From: Trichodelitschia bisporula
Lineage: Eukaryota
NCBI GenBank assembly: GCA_010356995.1
Contig: ML996695.1
Coordinates: 505,061 to 569,060 of the forward strand
Direction of reading: 5' to 3'
DNA: 64,000 nucleotides
In this document: positions 56,974 through 64,000 of the stretch, in pieces
Layout of the letters: each line of letters opens with the position of its first letter
How positions within the stretch are numbered: position 1 is the first letter of the stretch
Position numbers and translations under genes: made by a program
The notes under the pieces: model-generated
The model's database searches: none
What the model saw: only the letters and a program-made list of their open reading frames with translations
Told to the model about the DNA's origin: nothing

Positions 56974-58895
56974 GTGCGATGCGGAGCCACGGCGGCTAGG
57001 GCAGCGTGGACGACAGAAGGCAGGAGGCAATGGATTGTGTGCAAGAAAAATTTGACGACGCAAACAAGCGGTGACGGTTCCGAAACGCAATGTCAGCTGC
57101 TGAGGAGCGGCACAGTTGACGGTTTTTGACAGGCCCAATCTTCAGTACAAATATAGATCATCATGCTCGCGGCCGAAGTCTCAGGTAGTCCAAGGCCATA
57201 GGTAAACATATACCGACTCTTGGGAGGCGGGGGACGGGAGCCAGGCCTGGGTATATAAATCAAGCAGACGAGCAATTACGACGGCGCTTACCACAACCAG
57301 CACTAAACAGAGCTGAGAGGCGACGGCTTTTGAACGGAAGGACGTTCGCTTCCCTCGCTGCGCGTGATGACGACTTTCCGAGCTAGACAGAGACAAGCCG
57401 GCAACCACGGCCGACCGCTGTTGATAGCACAGACGATGCTCATGTCGCCCCGCAGTCGTGCCATGCAACTTACCGTCGACCCTCAGTGGTTCAATGCGGG
57501 GTGCTGCACCTGAAGAGGGTCCTGCAGTTCGGGATTGAGGCCAATCAGTGCCAGTCGATGATTCAGTTCTCGGTGCAGCGGGAGAACCACACACCCTCGT
57601 CGGCATTTGAGGCCAGTAGGAGTAAGTCCCGGGTGCCTGGTTGGACGCATCGTCATAGGTTATTGGCTGTGGCAGACGCGTCGAGCATGAGCCAGTTGGC
57701 CCAAAAGAGGGTTGGAAGCGGTGGAAGTAGCGAAAGCGGAGGCGACGAAAAGCTGGGGGAGTGGGATGGCGTGGGGGTCCCTTGCCTGGCGCTTGCTCTT
57801 AACTAAACCCCAGAATCGCGCTTAAATATTTCCGTTTTTGATGGTGATCATCAAGGTACATAGTGGCCGTCGATAGAAGTTGATTCGTTCAGGATCCGCA
57901 ATCTGCGCCATACTATGTGGTGAATGGCGAGCCGGGAAAAGACCGCATCAATATCGTGCAGCCTGCGGCGAAGCGCTTACAGAGAGCTGAGGTCTTATCG
58001 AAGGAGCTGATATGCGCAAGAGTCATGGGAAGGCCGAAATGGTCGAGGCGGACCCGGTACCTACATGGCTCGGCGCGCCGCTACGACCACCGCAGCCTTG
58101 TCCATGCACCTCCGCGTCATCTGGTTTCTTCCGCACGAACATGGTGCATGGCGAAAAAGGGTATGGTTGTTTGCTCATCCGTTGTAGCGAAATGGCGGGC
58201 TTCTCATGCAGAAGCAGGCTTAAATCAGATACTCGTATGACAGGACTGGACGGTTCATCGTTGTAGATGCTGTCAGCAGGTCCTGCAATTCTCCACAGAG
58301 CTATCACACACGGTGGATATACAAAACAGCCGCTTATTTGCATCATCGGATGCCAGGACCAGGGATTGCCGTTCGCATAGTCGATACTGTATGTTGGCGC
58401 ATAGCGCAGCTAGCTGAGAGCAAGGGGCCGGGTTGCTTGCGGTTTACTCGCGCAAATGACGGGGGGGTTATCAAGTGGTGGGTGGATGTGCATTGCTAAT
58501 GGTTTGGGGCCGAGGACGAGAAGACAAGCAGCTGTGATGAGGGTGAGAGTTGCATGAGACGACAACGTCGTGGAACCTTTGGTGCCACAAGTGTCTGGAA
58601 CCGGCTGGGATATATGTGGCGCATGGGTATGGAATGAGTGGCGCCTTCCATTGCTGATGCCAAGAGGAGAGGCAACGAACCCTTGTCCGAAGCTCTCTCA
58701 CGTCCATCAAGTCAACTCCGAATCATCGCTCAACCAAACATCGCAGCTTCATTCACACGCACCCGTATCCACCTCCCCCACCACCCACCACCTATCTCTA
58801 CATTACACGTCATCCCCGGGCCCATCCTGACCTCAAGCATAACCGAGGGGAGTCCACCACCTCTCTGCAGCCTCACTTTTTGCCAGCCAGCAGCC

Positions 58896-59725
58896 ATGGC
58901 CGAGGTCGAGCGCATTCGCGCCGCGGTCGACCAACTGCTCAACCCGAGCGCACCTCCACCGCAATACAGCTTCACCTTTGACAAGTTCCTCAGAAAGGAG
59001 TACCGCTTCGGTCTGAGCCCCGACCGCCCAGCATGCAAGGCCTTCCAGCAGGGCCACTGCCCTCTGGGCAGCGAATGTCCGGACAAACATCAACCGCAGA
59101 CCATGTACAACAAGTGAGTATCCCTACCGCTCTCATCCCAGTTCATACTGACCGCGTGGACAGCCTTATCTGCAAGCACTGGCTGCGTGGTCTCTGCAAG
59201 AAGGGCGAGGCATGTGAATTCCTACACGAGTACAACCTGCGCAAGATGCCCGAGTGCAACTTCTTCGCCCGCCACCAGTCCTGCGCTGCAGGCGACGACT
59301 GCCCCTATAGCCACGTTGACCCGGCCTTCAAGCGTCCATCCTGCCCACACTTCGACCGCGGCTTCTGTCCCTTGGGGCCGCTGTGCGCCAACCGCCATGT
59401 GAAGAAGGCTACAATCTGCCCTTTCTACCTTGCCGGCTTCTGTCCTGATGGCCGTGACTGCGAGCGCGGTGCCCATCCACGCTTCCCGACCGATCTCAAG
59501 CCGCCTGAGGTACTGGCTCGTAAGACAGTAGAAGAGGAGCAGCGTGAACGTGAGGAACGCGAACGCGATATGCGCGCTGAAGATGAACGCGACCGAGACC
59601 GCGATGACCGGGATGATGGTCCTGGTCGCGGCGGACGCGATTACGGCGAGGGCAGGGGCAAGTTCGGGGGTCGGCGCTGGGATGGGAAACGGAGAGGCCG
59701 GGGTAGGAAACGGCACAACTTCTGA
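58896..59725 (+). CDS. YTH1: mRNA 3'-end-processing factor Yth1 (CPSF30), 2 exons
   Basis: [21 protein letters not shown]; intron 59114-59163; five CCCH fingers including [29 protein letters not shown]. Confidence 0.95.
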
Positions 59726-60834
59726 TCCCTCCTCCTATGGTTGCTGTTTGACTGCGTCATGCCGTGCACCAAGCGTTGGGATCGGTCATTTGCACCGCCA
59801 TTCCTCATTTTGGCTGACATGGCTTCTTAGTAACTTCTGACGTTTCGCCGAGTGAATGGCCCAGCCGTCGTCGTCATGTGCAATCCACCTATGACCTTTG
59901 ATGAGTTCAGAAGCAATATGTCCATTAAGAGGCTGCGGGAAACTAGCTTTGACGTTCGTTTGGCTTGAAGGAAAAGGTGCATGGCGTTTACACTTGGTGG
60001 ATATTGCACTGCATGGCGCGCGGAATGATTCGGATTAGGGCGTTGATGTTACTACAATTGGATTCATTCTGCAGACCTTCAACCCGCATCCAGTTTCCAT
60101 GGATCTTGCATGCTATCACAGTAAATGTAACGTGGCGCTTCTTCACCTCTGCTTCTCATCCCCCGGTCCCTAGAACTAAACACCCCCAATTAGCTGCTCT
60201 CCAGCCCCAGTCCCGAACACCACACAGCCTCGCAAATTCCCAGTCCATCACACTCCAGTCCCAAACCAGCCCAGCCACACGCCCGATCGATCAACCGTTC
60301 CCCAGCACCACTCACCCTGCAGAAATCCGCGCGCCTGACCGGCCAACGACAATCGCAGGATCGCATACCCCGCACCTGGGGGCTGGAAAAGCCGCGCGCC
60401 CAGCCTCACGCTGCAGACGGGAAACTCCACGCTCCCTGATCCCTTTTCCGTCAGCTTTTTCCTCGAAGCTCAACGCTGCAATGATACGCTGTGCTTGCCC
60501 CCAGCTAAAGGTGGTGTGCCGCTCGTTTGGGTAGTGGTGACGATGGGTGGCGGGGTGGCATATGCGGGGTTAGGAGGGGTCGAGGCAGGGCCTTGCGGAA
60601 TGGGGTCTGGAACATGGAACATTCTCCAGGGGATCTGGATGGAGCCACGGTGCGGATGGGGCTGCCGCTTCAAGTTACAATTGTTGTGATTGTAACTGCC
60701 ATGTAATTCGCGCGTCTATCCTCACGTCCCGCCGATGGGTATGCCGGTCAAATAACCTACCCAGTCTACTGTGTATCAAAGAAGTACGAAACTCCGGCCA
60801 CCGAGAAAATGCTGATCACTAAACACGCCCCAGT

Positions 60835-62321
60835 CTACGAGCTACTCTTCATCGTCCCGCACTGACTACACGTCCACCACTGCGCCTCCATGAAGTTCCC
60901 GCATTGGTGACAGGACCACCCTATACTCGACGGCCGCGTCGGCGCTGGCTTCCTGCTCTCTGTCACGCTCCTGTGCACTGGAGGTGCTGCTGGAGGCGCC
61001 GGTCTGCGACTCCCGCTCCGGGCCTGGGGTCGAGCGGCTTCGCACACGTTGCAGGTGTGTGCGGTTGGAGAGTTGACGAGCGTGCAGGTCAGACACTGCC
61101 AGCTGTTTGGCGCGAAGTCGCTGTCGTGGCTATCGGATGTGAGGTCGACGGGTGCGGCCCGGGAGCCTACGAAGGGATTCGGAGCGGATGAGGTCCGAGG
61201 AGGCGGCCGCCGGTAGTCGGACTCGTTGGCGGGGCGTGAGACAGGTTTACTAGGTCGGCTCAGTTGAGAGAGCGTTTGATCGTATGCGCTCGATGCCGAC
61301 GAAGAAGGCTTGCTCCGCACAGCCTGCAGGCCGTGTTCCGCGCTCCAGGTAAGTCCCTCTGGAGGACAATCATCATCATCATCGACCTCTCCCCGCTCGC
61401 GCCGGAGCTTCTCGTCCTCCTCCTCTTCCATGAGGTCAACCAGTGCCGCCGCAATAGCCGCATCGTTCGCACTGTCCATCTCAGACTTAGTATGGAACCC
61501 ATTCATCAGCGCATCCTCCGCCGCGCGAATAGCAACTCTATTCCCACTCCCACACCCCTGATCGCCCATCTTGTCCCCGCGCTGCTTCGCCACTTCACGC
61601 TGCCGCTCCAGCTCGCGGCGCTTCTCGCGGTCGCGATTTAGAGCAGCCAAAGCCACGGCATCGTGGATCTCGCGCTGGGGCGCGCGCTGCCCGCCGAGCC
61701 GGACCCCTGCTTGCAACCTCGCTTTGTCGGCAGCCTTTTGCCGATCGAGCGCTCCGGCCCGGGCCAGGCGGCGGAGTTCGTCGACGGGTACGTCCCGGCC
61801 GCCTAGCGCGTGGCCCGGGGCCAGGAAGCCTTCGCCCGACCAGCCTTTGGCTTGGAGGATGTACCACTCTCCACGCAGCTCTTGCCAGAGTTTGTGGAAT
61901 TTGTCGTCGTGTGGGCCGAATTTGTTGTGGGAGAGTCTAGGGGGTTAGTAGGTGGGTTGGGGGTTGTTAGGGACAGTGCGTACTCGTGGAGCATGGTGTC
62001 TAGTACCGTTTCAAAGCTCAGGAAGGTAGAGGAGTTGGAATGGTGTCGAAGGCGAAGGCTTATCTCTTTGCCATAGCCGGAGTTCAAGCCTAACACTGTC
62101 AGATGTGCCAGGTAGCCTCAGAACCGGAAAATACCTAGCAGTCCCGCTTCATCTGGATAGAACTCGCAGAGTTTGCCGACTTTCCATCCCCGCTTCCGCA
62201 TGATCGGTTTCACGCATGACGCGATCTTCCGCAGAAACAGTAACGCCTCATCCGAGCGTGGTAAGCTGCGAAGATGGACATATTCGCCAAAGTGGTTTTC
62301 GTGGTCTACGGCTGGTGCCAT
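60835..62321 (-). CDS. WSS1: WLM-domain metalloprotease Wss1 with two RanBP2-type zinc fingers, 3 exons
   Basis: LRKIASCVKPIMRKRGWKV..L.EFYP..LLGLN; introns 62090-62134 and 61937-61983 give TMLHELSHNKFGPHDDKFH (HExxH). Also WQCLTCTLVN..CNVC and WSCHQCGNFMEAQWWTCSQC. Confidence 0.92.
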
Positions 62322-64000
62322 GTTGAAAGTAGGATCGTACTGGTAGTTGATTTTGGGTGGAGGATCATAGTAACAGAGAAAGGCCTTGCGTAGTTTGCCC
62401 AGTTTGGCGGTTTTGGGTGGTCACAATTAAATGTCCTGTGAATGGCCAAGGCGAAGAGTGAAGCAGACTCTTTGTATGAGTGGCAAGGAAGGTGAAAGAT
62501 GGCGGTGAATGCAAGTAGAAGGAGGCCTTTGCAGCAGAGATCAGACAGATGTCGTGTACACACATGAGATGGAAGACTACCCCGCGGCGATAGTCCGCGG
62601 CGGCGGCGAACGGACGCGTCAGCTGTGTCGAAATGATTAGCAAGCGAGGGCAGGAGGGCTTTCTCTCGCATTTAAGAACCTACAGAGGCCGGTACGACAG
62701 AAGAGCTCTGCAGCAGCAGATAAGGCTACGGCTACTGTAGTCCAGCCTGATGCGCGATATTGATGAAGTGGGTCATGCAGCACCCCATGTGGCAGTTGCC
62801 TGGTCCGATGCCCGATGGATCATCGATTTTCCGCTGAAGGACTGAGGCTTTGGTTCGCGGGTAACAGGATCCAGCCCGACCAAGGCGAACTCCAAAGAGC
62901 CCCTTTGCTGACGACTCTACGTATCCCCATTGCATCGTTGAAGCACTGACGTTGCACATTCGTCATTGGCGGCAAGGCTCTCCGGTGACGTGAAAGGTCG
63001 TGGACGCTAAAAGCAGGGCAACCCGAACGGACGGGTCGCTATGGCTGATATCGATAAGAACTCAAAACACCTCTGCCTTCCCCGCAGTGGCACCGTCCCA
63101 ACGATTGGCCGTCAAACGCCCAAAACGTGATGCTGACCAATGGTGATAATCAGACTTGAACTTTGCGTTTTGAGTCAGACAATATTTGATCTCTGACTGG
63201 ACGACGATGGCGCAGACTTCCCCTACTATGGTATGAAGCTGCGTTTGAGCGCAAAGACTTTCCGATGTCGTTGAACAGCATCGCGTTTGAGTTCTCTCTG
63301 GCAGAGGTCATTCCGAGCAGCTAGACAATTTCCCGGTACCTTGTAGCTCTCGATAATTCTCAGTCACTACAGTACCGGTACGTGAAGGAGAACACGATTG
63401 TGTCGGGGATCGCCCCAATTCCTGCCGTGCCGTCAGAGCCTCTTTCGCCTCCATATCTTTGAGAGATTTGGCGTTGAAGAACGCGTATCACCGTGGGATG
63501 CGGACTTAAGCTCCTATCCTTCGGTGATATCGTGGTTCATCTGATTCCAAGGCGGGAAGCATCCGATTTGCTTGAACGAAGCCACCTCGTCTGTCCATGC
63601 CTATCTCTCAATGATGAGCTCTCCACAACTGCCATTATTACTTCTCAACCAATTATACAGGAAAGCCAAAAACCAAATGCCGGAAAAGAAGAAATACTAG
63701 AAGCATCTCCAAGCCGCTGAAGCCGCTGAAGCCGCGGGTGGCACACGCTCCATGGCGATCTTAGAGCTAACTTGGCGCTCGGGCGTTGCTGGGGTTTTGA
63801 GACTTCAGGTGCCTGGCAACACCGCCTGCGTTGTAAGGCTGAGTCCAATCATCGGAGACTTTGACCCTCGACAGGTCGTACAGCCATTCGCTCATCCGCC
63901 ATCTCGTAACTCGTTGCTGTCCCACCCCAGTTCTTCTCTCTTCCCTTCATCCTTTGCGACCAGCAGTTGCGTACAGCTTGCGCTGCCCCTTCTATGATCA

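Noticed and set aside
62700..64000. Possible second patchwork or pseudogene region at the window end
   Set aside because: Short coding-like frames broken by stops, but I could not recognise any family, so no call is supportable.

Overview
GC-rich, gene-dense region of a filamentous ascomycete (Pezizomycotina) genome, judged from short GT-AG introns with CTRAY branch sites and fungal orthologues. I can support about 24 protein-coding genes, mostly housekeeping: MNN10-like mannosyltransferase, complex I NDUFB10, an amidoligase-domain protein, PalC, a Pho84-like transporter, CMC2, prefoldin 2, PEX6, dynamitin, an LSD1-like demethylase, REX1, CYP53, an XRCC2-like protein, SOM1, TAF8, COX9, AP-3 mu, DMAC1/DUF4536, an AlkB-like dioxygenase, a GH18 chitinase, YTH1 and Wss1. 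There is also an intron-containing tRNA-Lys(CTT) with a diverged tandem copy, a patchwork of short transposon and host-gene fragments at ~11.2-12.7 kb, and a Q/Y-rich repeat pseudogene. The most interesting signal is a ~0.6 kb non-coding stretch at ~3900-4495 (+). It shows, in the expected order, the hallmarks of a fungal telomerase RNA: enclosing helix, boundary hairpin, a template-like 13-mer, a U/A-rich pseudoknot, a CR4/5-like P6/P6.1 domain, an Sm site and an adjacent 5' splice site. Its template would predict a non-canonical 8-nt telomere repeat (TTGGAGGA)n. All gene names come from motif recognition and all RNA structures from pairing by eye; no database search or folding program was run.
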